This document shows positions 1 to 16,949 of a stretch of 64,000 nucleotides of DNA, one piece after another. This DNA is from the human T2T-CHM13v2.0 reference genome, Homo sapiens: the NCBI RefSeq assembly GCF_009914755.1, contig NC_060931.1. One strand, written 5' to 3'. The stretch's first letter is position 1. Every line of letters starts with the position of its first letter. Below the pieces are notes generated by a model that searched no databases, had not been told where the DNA came from, and saw only the letters and a program-made list of their open reading frames with translations. A program made the translations under genes and the position numbers.

Positions 1-176
1 TATTCCCTTATGAGGCTACTGTGTGAATTACATAACTTTTGCTTATTTTATTGTTTGGTTCCTTTAATCTTTTAATTCTAGGTTATAATTACTGTTACTA
101 TGTCTTGATCTATTTATTTTTCTTTTCTACTTATATGGAACTTATAAATAAGAATTGGGTAAGACTGGGTAAGACT

Positions 177-1635
<1,459 letters not shown>

Positions 1636-1941
1636 TTTTTTTTTCTTTTTTTTTTTTTTGAGACAAAGTTTTGCTCTTATTGCCCAGGCTAGAGTGCAGT
1701 GGTGCAATCTTGGCTCACTGCAACCTCTGCCTTCCAGTTTGAAGCGATTCTCCTGCCTCAGCTTCTCAAGTCGCTGGGATTACAGGTGCCCGCCACCATG
1801 CCCAGCTAATTTTTTTGTATTTTAGTAGAGACGGGGTTTCACCATGTTGGTCAGGCTGGTCTCAAACTGCTGACCTCGTGATCCACACACCTCGGCCTCC
1901 CAAAGTGCTGGGATTACAGGTGTAAGCCACAGCGCTTGGCC
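1636..1941 (-). mobile_element. AluS-type element fused directly to the 5' end of the SKP1 retrocopy
   Basis: T tract 1636-1659, then full reverse Alu consensus ending gtaagccacagcgcttggcc at 1941. Confidence 0.95.
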
Positions 1942-2622
1942 CAAGATTGGGTAAGATTTTTAAAGCCATTTTTAATACCTTCATTTATCTTTAGACTTCT
2001 GCCTTTTATTGGTGATTTTTATTCTTTTAAAGTTTAAACCACTTTCTTGTTAATCTTTATTTTTCAATGTTCTTTCATCTGGCATCCTGTTCATCTTTAT
2101 TGCTGACATTTTGAAAGCGAGTAAAAAGTGAATTATGTTTTATCTGGATGTGTGGCTGCTATTGCCATAAGGCATGGCTGGGGTGGAAAAAGGGAGAGAA
2201 GGGAAGGAAAAGGAGAATAAAGGAAGACAAACACCCCAAGGGATCTCTTCCACATGCTTCATCCTGCAGAGACCCCTTCCTAGCATCCTCTGGCCTGAAG
2301 GAATTCTTCGTGGAACTCTTTGGATTCCCATCCTGGTGTGTGATTCCATGATTTGCACTGCTTCAAAGTCTCAACTAGGAGATATGTGAGAAGAAAGCAA
2401 CATACAGGAAACTCACTGCTGTCTAATAATTTCCCTCCCCAGCCTGCCTGCTATGATTTACTTTTCAGAGCCCTGCATAATTGCTCTATGTCTTCTCCCA
2501 GGGCTCTGCCTTCTCATGAATAGGAAGTATAGAGCTGAGTGTGCACTCCATCTCTGCTGGATCCAGGTGTCCAGGCTTATCTTTAATGGTGGTGTGAAAA
2601 CAAAGGCTATACCTCCTCCAGG

Positions 2623-3135
<513 letters not shown>

Positions 3136-3180
3136 CCCCATAGCCACACAGAAGTCATGCAAGCGGAGCCAAATGGGAAA

Positions 3181-3750
3181 GGGTGTCTGTCAACAGATGA
3201 ATGGATAAAGAAAACGTGGCACACATACACAGTGGAGTACTATTCAGCCATACCAAAGAACGGGATCCAGTCATTTGCAACAACATGGATGAAACAGGAG
3301 GATATTATGTTAAGTGAAATAAGCCAGGCACAGAAAGACAACCATCACATGTTCTCACTCATTTGTGAGAGCTAAAAAATTAAAACAACTGAAGGATGTT
3401 TTACCAGAAGGATGGTTAGCAGAGGATAGGAAAGGTAGTGGGGGGCAAGGGGGATAGTGGGGATGGCCAAGGGGTACCAGAAAAGTTAGAAAGAATGAAT
3501 AAGACCTAGTATTGCTAGCACGGAAGGGGAACTGTAGTCAAAAGTAATTTAATTGTACATTTAAGAGTAATTAAGAGAATATAACTGGGTTGTCTGTAAC
3601 ATAAAAGCTAAATGCTTCAGAGGATGAACCCCATTTCCCCTAAGGTGATTACGACTCATTACCTGCCTTGATCACAATAGCTCATGGAACTCATAAATAT
3701 ATACACCTATTATGTACACATAAAAATTAAAAATTAAAAAAACAAAACAG
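3181..3750 (+). mobile_element. Old L1 (L1PB/L1MA-type) 3' end: ORF2 C-terminus and 3' UTR
   Basis: Translates WIKKTWHTYTVEYYSAI...ILSEISQAQKD...MFSLI-like L1 ORF2 tail, followed by 3' UTR and an A-rich end. Confidence 0.85.
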
Positions 3751-5593
3751 AGAGAAAGGGAAATTTCCACCATCAGCCACAGGCCCTGACACTCTCTTTG
3801 TCCTAAACTCTTGGAGCTAAGAGGAGCTGATGATGGACTCTCTGGTCCCCTTCCTGGGGTGACACACACTTCCTTTCAGAAGTCCTGAAGAGTGTTCGAC
3901 CTCAGGGCAGAGCACTTGATGACTCTCAAAATTTTATGCAGTTCTCTTCAACAGACCTCGTATTACTTGTCAGCCCAGAACATGAGTTCTCAGCCCTAGA
4001 AGAATGTGACCCACACTGCGTAACTTGACAGGCAGCCTCTCCTATCAAGTCTCAATATTTCTGGAACACAGCTACACTTCCCTGATCCCTTGGGCAACCC
4101 ACCCCTACTTTCACCACTAATGGGTCACAGAAACACTCGCTACCAGCTGACGCCCCAATGAACCATGCCCTACCTGGGTGAAAGAGGCCAGGAAGGCCGG
4201 GGACTTCCTTATTAGCAATAGGTCGTAAAGGCTACGTTGGCTTGGACAAAACTCCCATGGAACACTCTAAATGTAAAGCAGCTGATCTTGAACTTTCTAG
4301 TAAGAGTCAGGAAAAACAAAAGTCCCAGGTCCATATTCAGGCTTTTAGAAGGCCTCCAGCTTCAACCTCTTTTTTTTTTTTTTCACCTTCAACCTCTTAT
4401 GAGGTTCCCCGAGCAAAAGGTGCGGGGGGCAGAGTAGTCATGACCTATGCCATAGAATAGCAGAAAAGCTTGCAAGAAAAAAAACACATAGTATTGACCT
4501 AGGCCACTTGGATTCTACCCCCAGAACGTGCACAGGAAATTACAGAAACCAGTAATTTACTTAACAACAGGAGTTGACATGGGAAGATACACAAAGAGAA
4601 GCAGAACCCGAAAAGTGGAAGAATCACATCAGCAGAGAATGCCTGGAGCAGACCCTCTTCTGCGTAGAGGCAGTAAGATAGCCCACTCCCTAGAGGACCG
4701 TTGGGGCTGAGGTCCTGAAAGACTCCACCAGATTCTTTATAAACCTGATAATACCTTAAGCAAATCTCCATTTCTTCTGTAGCTTGGGTGAGTCTCTGGT
4801 TCCTGTAACAAAAGAAGCCTACTCGATGGCCAGCCTCCAACACTACTATTATCAGTTAACCCACTTCCTTTCCAGTAGAATTTCATTAACAATGTCTACA
4901 TGAACAAGCCTTTCCAAGGCCTCTTTCTAATAAAGGAGACACTGGCCAAAGATGACCATCTCTCCGTTAAGATTTTCTTTTTAATTGAAATGTTTGTGCT
5001 GCACTCTTCCTGGGTCATTCCCATGAATGAGAAACAAACCTTATTAGGAGGCTGGACCTGTCTAGAACGGCAGCACCACATCAACCTGGGGAACTTCATT
5101 TATTTCCTGATTAAACCAGAAAAATAACTCACAGCGCTTCTCTAACAACCAGTCAGAGGCATCATTTTACTACGTTACTCCAGCGTGGGGATTACCTTGC
5201 CTTACCAGTTCCCTTCCTCTCTCCAAAATTATTTTGAATATATAAATGCAACTGAATCTTAAGAAATTTGTTCTATCATGGGAACAGTCAGCTGAATTTA
5301 AAAAACTACATAAAAAAAGAACAAAAAAAATTATTCTATCTGTATTTGACCTTAGTTTAGTTCAATGCCCAAGAAACGAGACCATAATCCCTGAAAATAA
5401 AGGGGGAAAAGAGTTAACCTGCTCTTCTGAATGCCATCAAATTCATAAAACTAACAATCTTACAAATCACTTTTACTACATTCCAATGTACCTTCAATAA
5501 TCTGCATTTTACAAAGTTATACACTAATATTACAGTAAAATGTTAACTTTAAGGGGAAAACATCCCAATAAAAAGGCTCTTGGTTTCACTGAC

Positions 5594-5685
5594 CTGTGAT
5601 TGCCTTCAACACCGTATCAGACACTTCTGGGATGTCTTCATTAACAGGGACACACAGCATCTGAGGTGTAACCCAGTGAAGGGCT
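5594..5685 (-). pseudogene. RABGEF1 pseudo-exon (start of VPS9 region), 92 nt, open frame
   Basis: tttag|A GCC CTT CAC TGG...ATC ACA G|gtcagt; ALHWVTPQMLCVPVNEDIPEVSDTVLKAIT. Confidence 0.93.
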
Positions 5686-6022
5686 CTAAAGGGAGAGAGA
5701 CAGTAAACAAGAGCTCCAAGGACAAACCGTGACCATTCGTCTTGTCACCTCCTTCAGTTTAGGGAAAGCCTGAGGCATCACTGACCACTCAGACAATCCC
5801 AGGCCCACACACATCACCTTTCGAAGTACTAGGTCAAATGACATGACAAAGCAGCTAGGATCCTAAAATGAGACTTCTCTTCTGTACTTATCACAAGAAT
5901 GGAAGGCCATTTGCTGACTGAAGTGACGTTACACAGTGCTACCAAGACTGAAATGCACTCGGTATTTGAAAGTGACGATTTGAGAATTGGCTGCTGCCTG
6001 TCCTCACTGTCTACTGTGTTAA

Positions 6023-6343
<321 letters not shown>

Positions 6344-6901
6344 TCAGCCCTCAATTTCTAAGGCACACTGGAGCTCGCGTAGGACGCCACAGGCAGGATC
6401 ACCATACCTGAATCACTGTGTGTTTCCTGGTCCCACCCTAACTGCACTCCAACTACCCTGCTGCAGGCCTCCCCTCTTGCTTGGTTACTGCTTTCCTTCT
6501 GCATCTTGGTCCAGGGCCCCTCTGGTTACTTCTGGCTCCTGACCTTGGGCTCCACAACTTCAGCCTGCCCAGTATCAACTCCTCACTTCAGCTGTGAAAC
6601 TTCCAATACAGATCTAGCAAGTACCAGCCCCTTGTCTGGAACCTGGGACTCCGAGTCCCCTCTCCTCTTAGAACAACTCATCAGCTCAGCCTTGGCCCTG
6701 TTCCCACACTTGGGTGGTCTCTTCCTCAGTGTCCACCGCAACTGGAGTACACAGTGCTGGGGTTCACCCCAGTGAGCCTGGAAGACTGGGTGCTGTGGGA
6801 AATGTCATCAATCCAATGCTAGTGAAAGATGTGACTGGGGAATGGTGAAAAATGCACACCACTGGGAGGAATGAGGAAAGAGGACATCCACTGACTTGTT
6901 A

Positions 6902-7190
6902 TTTTTTTGAGAAGGAGTCTTGCTCTGTTGCCCAGGCTGGAGTGTGGTGGCACGATCTCGCTTCACTGCAACCTCCGCCTTCTGGATTCAAGCCATTCTC
7001 GTGCCTTAGCCTCCCAAATAGCTAGAAGCACAGGCGTGTGCCACCATGCCTGGCTAATTTTTGTATTTTTAGTAGAGACGGGGTTTTACCATGTTGCCCG
7101 GGCTACTCTTGAACTCCTGGCCTCAAGTGATCCACCCACCTCAGCCTCCCAAAGTGCTGGGATTACAGGTATGAGCCACCGGGCCCAGCC
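6902..7190 (-). mobile_element. AluS element
   Basis: Reverse Alu consensus. Confidence 0.9.
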
Positions 7191-7528
7191 GACATCCCCT
7201 GCCTTGATACGGATATTCACAGCTTCCTGCTTGAGGAAATGGTAATGGACCAAGAACACAGTCCCCCTGTTCCTTGGAGAGTTCAGAGATTGAAAACAAT
7301 CTCAAACACCAAACACGACTTACCAAAAGCTGCCTTGAGGGAGATGGATAGGTGAGGTCACCACATTCCTTGTCTTTCTGACACCACAGAGCAGCTTCCA
7401 CTCTAAGGAAGCAGAAACATGAGCTGTTGCTTTCTCTTAAGGTTTGAAACTCAGATGCCTTATTTTCCCCCAATATGTTCTTCCATCAGTAGGTAGTAAG
7501 CATAAAGCAAAACAAAATAAGCAACTAC

Positions 7529-7662
7529 CTGATCCTCTTTTGAATGGCAAGATCTTTCATCTCATCATCAGTAGTTTCTGGACAGAACACATATTTATAG
7601 AGATGAGTCATGATGTACTTTTCAATCTGATCCATTTATCTTCTCAACTCATTCTGGAGGCA
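7529..7662 (-). pseudogene. RABGEF1 pseudo-exon (helical bundle), 134 nt, with TGA and a +1 frameshift
   Basis: ttcag|TG CCT CCA GAA TGA (7651-7649) GTT GAG AAG ATA A ATG GAT...; then MDQIEKYIMTHLYKYVFCPETTDDEMKDLAIQKRI; donor AG|gtagtt. Confidence 0.93.
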
Positions 7663-7825
7663 CTGAAATAGCCAAACAGAAAAGCTCAAGAGAGTATATA
7701 TACTCCTTGTACTGATAGTAAGTAAGCCACTCCTTGTACTGGCAGTAAGCATAAAAGTACTCACAGATTATATTAATCCTTCAGGAGAGTAAAACCTATC
7801 CATTAACATTATTTCCAGTATCCAC

Positions 7826-8125
7826 TGTTGCAGGATTTTTCCTTAGTTCAGCTAAGGACGGGGTCCTTGTCCGTCTCAAGGCCACAAAAATTTAGGCTTA
7901 CAGACGGTTTGAATGGTGAGTAAGGCAGGGTTTTATTGGGACTCTCACAAGGCCAGAGTCCCTGCTAGAGTGCTTTCTGCCAGCAGCTAGAATAATGGGT
8001 TTTACACAGTAAGAAGAGGTGCCAGGCTCCTCCCCGCTATCAACGGTGCAAACTTCAAGTTCCACCCCAGTGCACAGGCCAGCTGGAGTTTTTCTGGGGA
8101 CCCCTTCCTACCTAGTGGTGTCTCA
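7826..8125 (-). mobile_element. Solo ERV1-class LTR (MER51-like)
   Basis: TG...CA termini (tgttgcaggattttt...tgtctca), minus-strand AATAAA, near-matching 4-bp flanks ccac/ccat; family call from recall. Confidence 0.6.
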
Positions 8126-8697
8126 CCATGACCATCTCATTCTTTTTGCTATATCTACATACTCTTAAATAGATTTAATGCATGTTTTGATAATTTACAT
8201 ATTTTATGGACACTTCTATTTATCTAACCCACCAAACATTTTTGGTGGCTTTATAACATTGCATTATATTAACTGACTTATTCAACTCTCCTCTACCGCT
8301 GTGCATTTGGGTTGCTTCCCCTCTTTCATTGTTGTGCACTGTAGCAATAAATAATTTTGTAAGGACTATCTTCTTCTGAGTTAAATTCTCTGTGATACAT
8401 TTCCAAAAGTGGCATTAACCACTTAATAAGAATAAACACCGTTACAGCACTAAGTATCTATTGCTAGCCACACTCCTCGGAAACTCAGTGCACACTATCA
8501 TTAACCACGTGTATGCGCTTATTTCCCTATGGCCCTTACAACAGTGGGCTTGATAATTTGTATTTGGTTTTACTGATTTTATACATAGAATATATGCATT
8601 TATTCCTCACTTTCTGCCAAAGAATATTTAAAGTCTATTTAAAAGATAAATGCAGTTCAGCACAACGGACTAGAAAATAAAAAGAGTAACAAATAAC

Positions 8698-9169
<472 letters not shown>

Positions 9170-9332
9170 TCACACATGGAGAGAGACCTAAATGACAAGA
9201 CAGAAATGTTTTCCTGGAAGATGTCTAAATTAGTCAAGAGTCAGCCCATACATCTGTCTCTAACTAAACTTCTTAGCAATCATCATTAAGATGAAAACAG
9301 TTACGTAATTCAGGGTTCAAAAGATGAAAGCA

Positions 9333-9806
9333 TGGTGTTTTTTAATTGGAGCATTTAGTCCATTTACATTTAAAGTTAATATTGTTATGTGTGAATTTGA
9401 TCCTGTCATTATGATGTTAGCTGGTTATTTTGCTCGTTAGTTGATGCAGTTTGATGAGTTCATGTCCTTTGTAGGGACATGGATGAAATTGGAAATCATC
9501 ATTCTCAGTAAACTATCGCAAGAACAAAAAACCAAACACTGCATATTCTCACTCATAGGTGGGAATTGAACAATGAGATCACATGGACACAGGAAGGGGA
9601 ACATCACACTCTGGGGACTGTTGTGGGGTGGGGGGAGGGGGGAGGGATAGCATTGGGAGATATACCTAATGCTAGATGACAAGTTAGTGGGTGCAGCACA
9701 CCAGCATGGCACATGTATACATATGTAACTAACCTGCACAATGTGCACATGTACCCTAAAACTTAAAGTATAATAATAAAAGAAAAAAAAACTTAAAAAA
9801 AAAAAA
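9333..9806 (+). mobile_element. 5'-inverted, internally deleted L1PA2-like insertion
   Basis: TSD aaaagatgaaagca (9319-9332 and 9803-9816); 9333-9452 is reverse-complemented L1 ORF1-end/ORF2-start; 9452-9806 is the sense 3' end with G-rich tract and poly(A); GAG rather than ACA at the Ta-diagnostic site. Confidence 0.92.
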
Positions 9807-10381
9807 GATGAAAGCAAACAAATTCTTCAGGTGAAATTCTGACACCAAAATCAAAAATTTCTCCCAATGGTTCTCACAAGGATGTCACAGTAGAAGAACA
9901 TGAATAAGGCTGAGAACAAACCCCCAGGACTGGCTGTCACAGACCTCATCTACACAGGCCACTGACCTCACACGCCAAGCACCGATACATCCTGTGGAAG
10001 CCTGCAGCAGTCGACCATCTGGCTTAACTCTAAAAGGAAGGCAGGACACTGGGGGTCAGGGGCAGTCACCTCATTCCCTCAGTGAAAATGGCCAAGCACT
10101 CAAGCACACATGTGATCATGGTGATCACAAGTCATGGGATCACCTTGACTGCAGCCCTAATCACTGTCAACTAGTTACCCATATACATGCCATTTGGTTG
10201 AATTAAAATTGATCCCTCAACTATAAAAGCCTAGGTGCTACCTTTAGTAAAGTTTAGATATTTCACTATATGAAGCTCTTATTTATATTCATGACTTCCC
10301 ATGTTTTATTTTTTATTGCACAGATTTTTAAAAAGTTAATACTATTAAGCCTTTTATCTGGTCATTAAAAACAATTCTTTT

Positions 10382-11443
<1,062 letters not shown>

Positions 11444-11905
11444 TCATATCCTAATCTACTTTCTTCTCAATTTTTTCATGTTTAGCTCTTTGATTTGGCT
11501 GGAATGTAAGGTGCATGGTATGAAACAGAACTAAAACTCTATACAAGTGTATCTGTCATCACCATCAGCAGTTAGTAAAGCACAACCTTGTTCCCCCTCG
11601 TCCTCCAGGTGTCATGTAACTTGCTCCTGAGAAATTAAATCTATTTCTGAAATCTCTGGCTGATTTCACTGTTCCGTATTTTCATTTTTTACCCAAATCT
11701 CATCTAGGTGTGATGACTTTCATTTTAGAATATATTAAAAACTCTGCTGGATTTGGAAACATCCCCGCTTCACAAATTCTTGCTTTTTACCCCCTCACAC
11801 AAAAAAAAAACATATGGTATATTTGTTTCCCTCTTTTTCTATAATAAATAATGTAACACAGTGATTCAAATGATATTTTAAGTGTTTATACTGACCTGCA
11901 AAGTA

Positions 11906-12171
11906 TTTTTTTTTTTTTGAGACGGAGTCTCACTCTGTTGCCCAGGCTGGAGTGCGGTGGTGCAAACTTGGCTCACTGAAACCTCCGCCTCCCAGGTTAA
12001 AGCAATTCCCCTGCCTCAGTCTCCGAGTAGCTGGGACTACAGGCGTACGCCACCACGCCTGGCTAATTTTTGTATTTTTAGTAGACACAGAGTTTCGCCA
12101 TGTGGGCCAGGCTGGTCTGTAACTCTTGACCTCAAGTGATCCACCTGCCTCAGCCTCCCAAAGCACTGGGA
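11906..12171 (-). mobile_element. AluS lacking about its first 30 nt
   Basis: Reverse Alu ends at cccaaagcactggga without the usual ttacaggcgtgagccacc end. Confidence 0.9.
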
Positions 12172-12282
12172 GTGTGATGACTAGGTTTTCACACTGGGTT
12201 TTCATGTGTGAGATATGCCTTGCTCAAACCTTGTTACAGCACTGGCACATTGCCTGTCGGATGTGAAGAAAGACAAAAAAAA
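12170..12282 (+). pseudogene. U13 snoRNA (SNORD13)-derived retrocopy, 5'-truncated
   Basis: gagtgtgatgactaggttttcac...tgtgtgagatatgcc...aaaccttgttacagcactggcacattgcctgtcgga matches recalled U13; C-box-like GTGATGA at 12174-12180; D box reads CGGA; A-rich tail at 12266-12282. Confidence 0.8.
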
Positions 12283-12283
12283 G

Positions 12284-12812
12284 ACCCTCATGCACATAAC
12301 GGTGGAACTTGGCTCTGACAGGGTTCAGCTTGGTGGTGCTTGCTGAACACTTCCTGAATCTGACCTTCACTCATTGTGAGAGTTTCACAGAGGTTCTTCA
12401 GGTGATGGTTATTGTCTTTAATTTCTTCTTCTGGAACACACTGTGTTGCCTTCTCCAAAACATCTGCAACCTCTAACGAGTCCTTGCAGAAGCCCTGAAT
12501 GCTACACATATTTGCCTCCTCCACCAATTTTTGGCTGCTCTGCTGCAAGCCCTCAGTATCTGCCAATGCTTGCTTATCTTCTTCCACAACCTCCTTCAGT
12601 TGCTCTTCTAACTTGACTTCTTCCATGAGTATCTTGTCCATAGAGGGAGTATCTGTCCCCCATTTGGTTTGGATCCACATCCTCTTCCAACTGCTGGCAA
12701 CTGTTCTTTTGTTTTGTAACTGCGTGCGGAACAGAGAAGGCCTGGAGACAATGCCAACACCGGGATACTGTGTGGCACCAGCCTCACGCATGGAGCTGCC
12801 ACGGCTGCTCCA
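12284..12812 (-). pseudogene. GRPEL1 (mitochondrial GrpE) processed pseudogene, 3'-truncated and frameshifted
   Basis: (GTG)AAPCVRLV..LALS in one frame; VKLEEQLKEVVE..ALADTE..SQKLVEEA..IQGFCKDSLEVADVLEKATQCVPEEEIKDNNHHLKNL in another; intronless; ends near the NPV.AKF..Y.HE motif. Confidence 0.9.
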
Positions 12813-13307
12813 GGTTGATGATTTAAGTTTCCCCTCGCCTATCACTATATGCCTCTATGACACGTTTTTAATTATTTTTATTCCTTCAGCGTAATTATCA
12901 AATACATCTTTCATCTACTTTTCTTCCTTAAGACTTACAGATGCTGAGAGCTCAGAGCTATTTCCACTGCCTCACTTCTCATCCTCAGTGCTTCTAGTTT
13001 TAAACTTAGGTCCTGGGTTGCTAGCCCTGCTGAAGTTCTCACAATAAGCCTATTTGCTGGTTAAAGTATGTTTTGGATACATACTTCTGTTCTTCTTATA
13101 GTAATTACACAGCAGGGCAAATTAATCCTTGCATAAATATATAGTTTAGAAGAATGGAGTGATTTTAAAATATAGAAGGACACCTATCTTTCTACTTATT
13201 CTGGGAAAGATCATGGAAATGAAGATATAGCCATGTCTTAAACTGTGTATTTTTTGTCCTCATTCAGGTACAAGGCTTTAAGTACATAACATATAATCAG
13301 TATCTCA

Positions 13308-13650
<343 letters not shown>

Positions 13651-14208
13651 TGAAACAAGCAAAAGGTGTTATGTTGTGCTTAACTGCTTCCTGAGAAAAA
13701 AGAGCTTATCAGAATGACTATTAAGAAGTCTTGGTGTAGAAACTGAATTGATTGCCATGAATGGAGTATTAAGGGATTAATAAAAATTAAAAAAATAAAA
13801 ATAACTGAATTGAGAAACCCAAAAAATGGGCACCCCAGCCCATTTTAATAATAATTATTATTTTTATTATTCAAGTTATGTTGTACATACTAGGTTTTAA
13901 AATTTAAAAATTTAAAAATTAAGCTTTATTAATTTGGCTCATCAATTTAAATTCTTGCTATGATGATTTGTAAGAACAGAAAAGTAGCTGGTGACAACCG
14001 TATGTTCAACATAAAAGGATTTTGTGTAAATGACATAGTTGCCTGTCTCATTTGCAATAGAAATATCTTGTTTAAAGGACCTATAGAGGTACTATAAGAG
14101 TATGCATGTTTTAACATTAAATAGCTACTAAGAATAGCAAGAAAGAAAACAGAGCAAAATAAGCTACAGAAAAGTATTAGCAAACAACAGTATTTGCTGA
14201 ATAGCACT

Positions 14209-14530
14209 AGGTGCGGTGGCTCACACCTGTAATCTCAGCTCTTTGGGAGGCCAAGTTGGGAGGATCACTTGTAATTCAGGAGTTCAAGACTAGCCTGGGC
14301 AACATAGGGAGACCCCGTCTCCACAAAAACTAAAAAACTCAGTCAGACATGGTGGTGTGCGCCTATAGTCCCAGCTACTCAGGAGACTAAGGCAGGAGGA
14401 TCACTTGAGTCTGGGAGGTCAAGCCTGCGGTGAGCTGTGACTATGCCATTGGGCTCCAGTCTAGAAGACAGAGTAACACCCTGCTTCAAAAAAAGAAAGG
14501 AAGGAAGGAAAGGAAAGAAAGAAAGAGAGA
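14209..14530 (+). mobile_element. AluJ element with purine-rich tail
   Basis: Diverged Alu consensus (ggaggatcacttg...gggaggtcaag). Confidence 0.85.
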
Positions 14531-16179
14531 TGTGTTGCATAGTAAAGCATTACATGGAAATATTGCAGTGGGTATGAAAATTATGTAGGTGCTGAAATTT
14601 AAACTCTAAAAACAAAAAACATGTAAGTGTAGATAAAGTGTTTCTTGATAAAGATAAAATGGCTTAAAAATTTTAATGCAGTTCGGAAAAGATTTAATTT
14701 TCTAGACTTGACCCATATGCTGAAAAGGCTGCTCACCGCCGGCATATACTGGGATTGGTGAAAACAGAAATTATGTGGGAAAACATGTGGGCAAGAGCAG
14801 ATCAGTCTTCTGGATCTCAGAAATTTTAGAAAGCATAATACTGTGGGATCCAGTAGGAACAATTATCCGTTTATGGCAAGGCTGCCTGGGCAGTTTTTAA
14901 ACAGGTAAGAATGAATTCTCATATTGCATAGGCCCTTAGGATGCCATCTAGAAAGTTTAGTTGGTGGGAATAACATGAATTTAAAGTTTTTGAGCAGTTT
15001 TGATAAACTGAGTACAAAGGCTATTTTATACTACCACATTCTTCACAACGTCAGAGGAACTGCCCCAAGAAATTTATATGATTACTGATCTGAAGTTAGT
15101 TAGGTTAGTTCAGGTGTAAAGAGTGTTTATTTATTTATTTCAAAGGACATTAACTTGCAGCCAAAGGCCAAAAGGGCTTCTCTAGGGACATCCAGTTTAA
15201 AAAACATTTCTTTCATATACAATATGTGCAGACTTCATGTTGGTCACTAAAGATACCTGAGATACATGCATAGGACTTGGCCACCTAACCATGAAACACG
15301 TAGTGTAGAAATGGAAAATAGGTGGCTTAGTGGCTCTTAAAACAGGAGAAATCTGAGGCCATATCCAGGTCTCTGATATAAACTAGTGATGCCTTACAAA
15401 TAAACATGGTGATATTTGTACCAGTTAATTACCTCTTTACTTTAGTACACTAATTTAGAAGTCTACTAAATTATTACAGAACAAGAACACATCACACTTC
15501 TGAGCAAAAGAAAAACATCAAATCCAAGTTGAGCAATTTTCTAAAACATATTATTATACAGCATATATGCTTAAGTACTACAGTATACATATTCTAAGTT
15601 AGTATAGCTATCCCGTCAACATTTCAGGTGGGCTCAAGAATAAATACAAAACCTCAGTTTTTAGTTCTGATAAAAATGAAAGATGTATGTCACATGAACT
15701 CCGAATTTTTCCACATTAAGATATCTATCATGGTTCCTAACTTAAAAAAAAAAATCAATAACAGCTCACTTGTTTTAACTCCAAATATTTTACTCTAGAG
15801 AGAAAAAATATCTAGAGAAAGACAGCTACTTACTTACACAGTCTAATTACATTTCTGAAGGGCAAGAAAGCAAGCTTTTCTCCTTTACAAACTGAATTCA
15901 ATATCTAAAAATTATTTCAACACAAGTCCACTGCTTATTAGCCTAGTGATTGCTGACCCCAGCTAGAATATAGCTAAACAGTTAAACACCCTGCTGCTTT
16001 TCTAATTTCCTTTTTCTTTCTAAGACTTCCTTACTGCATAGAAGGAACTTTTGGAGCTAATTCTGAGTTTAATGGTTATAGAATGTTACAACAGAATTAA
16101 TCCCTATTTACAAAATGATTTCCTTTACAGGGAGTCTCATGAATTATTGCCACTGAAATTATGGGTCAGAAATTATGGA

Positions 16180-16345
16180 TAAAAGAAACAGGTGTGGAAG
16201 TCACAACTACTTGACATTGGCAAAATCTAGCTGTGTAACCTGGACAAGTCACTTATCCTCTTGGGCTCTCAACTTCCTCATCTATAAAATAAAGGGACTG
16301 AAACTCCATAGCTGCTAAAGTCCCTTTCTTGTCTAAATTCTATCT
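16180..16345 (+). mobile_element. MIR SINE fragment
   Basis: MIR core ctgtgtaacctggacaagtcactt...ctcatctataaaat. Confidence 0.6.
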
Positions 16346-16779
16346 GTCCTTTCTCTAACTGAATGAAAAAATTCAAAATCAAAATACAAAAAACAAAACA
16401 GAATTCAACAACAACAACCCTTAAAATTACTGCCACTGGCCTAACAATGGTTGCACAGAGTTAAAGGTCTACTATGGCAGTTTATACTATTTACAAGGTC
16501 ACAAGTCAAAAAGGCCTGTTACTAAAGCACATAATTCAAGTGGCTTCAAGGTCAGAATTTCCACACAAAGATGATTCAAACACCACTGAGTTGCAGTGGA
16601 AAAGTACTAGCCTAAGAGTTGGGTTTTAGCTTGATTCAGAGGCTTTTCTTAGGTAAGTAATTTAACATCTCTTGGTCTTGATTTTCTCAGGCATAAAATG
16701 ACAAGGTTGCACTATATTATCTCTAAGACCTTTCCTCAAACCAAAACTCTATGTTTCTATGTGATTATTCTCAACCTAC

Positions 16780-16949
16780 CCTTTTGTAATGCATCCCTTC
16801 CAAAAACAGCTTGGTCAGTTTATAGATTTCTTGGCCTGTCTTGCAGAAGGTCTTGAGAAATTCTATGAACTCCTTAGACACTCTATCCATTTCAATGCTG
16901 GTTTGCCGGTTTATGGAAGGACTGGGAGCTTTTGCTTCCTGAATTTCAG
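16780..16949 (-). pseudogene. RABGEF1 pseudo-exon
   Basis: EIQEAKAPSPSINRQTSIEMDRVSKEFIEFLKTFCKTGQEIYKLTKLFLEGMHYKR; donor AGG|gtaggt; acceptor ttcccag. Confidence 0.93.

Noticed and set aside
9437-9817. 126-aa minus-strand ORF
   Set aside because: Antisense translation of an L1 3' UTR.
12288-12845. 185-aa ORF as a functional GrpE gene
   Set aside because: The N-terminus is in a different frame from the GRPEL1 start (itself GTG), the C-terminus is frameshifted and truncated, and the sequence is heavily diverged.
12499-12894. 131-aa plus-strand ORF
   Set aside because: Antisense shadow of the GRPEL1 pseudogene.
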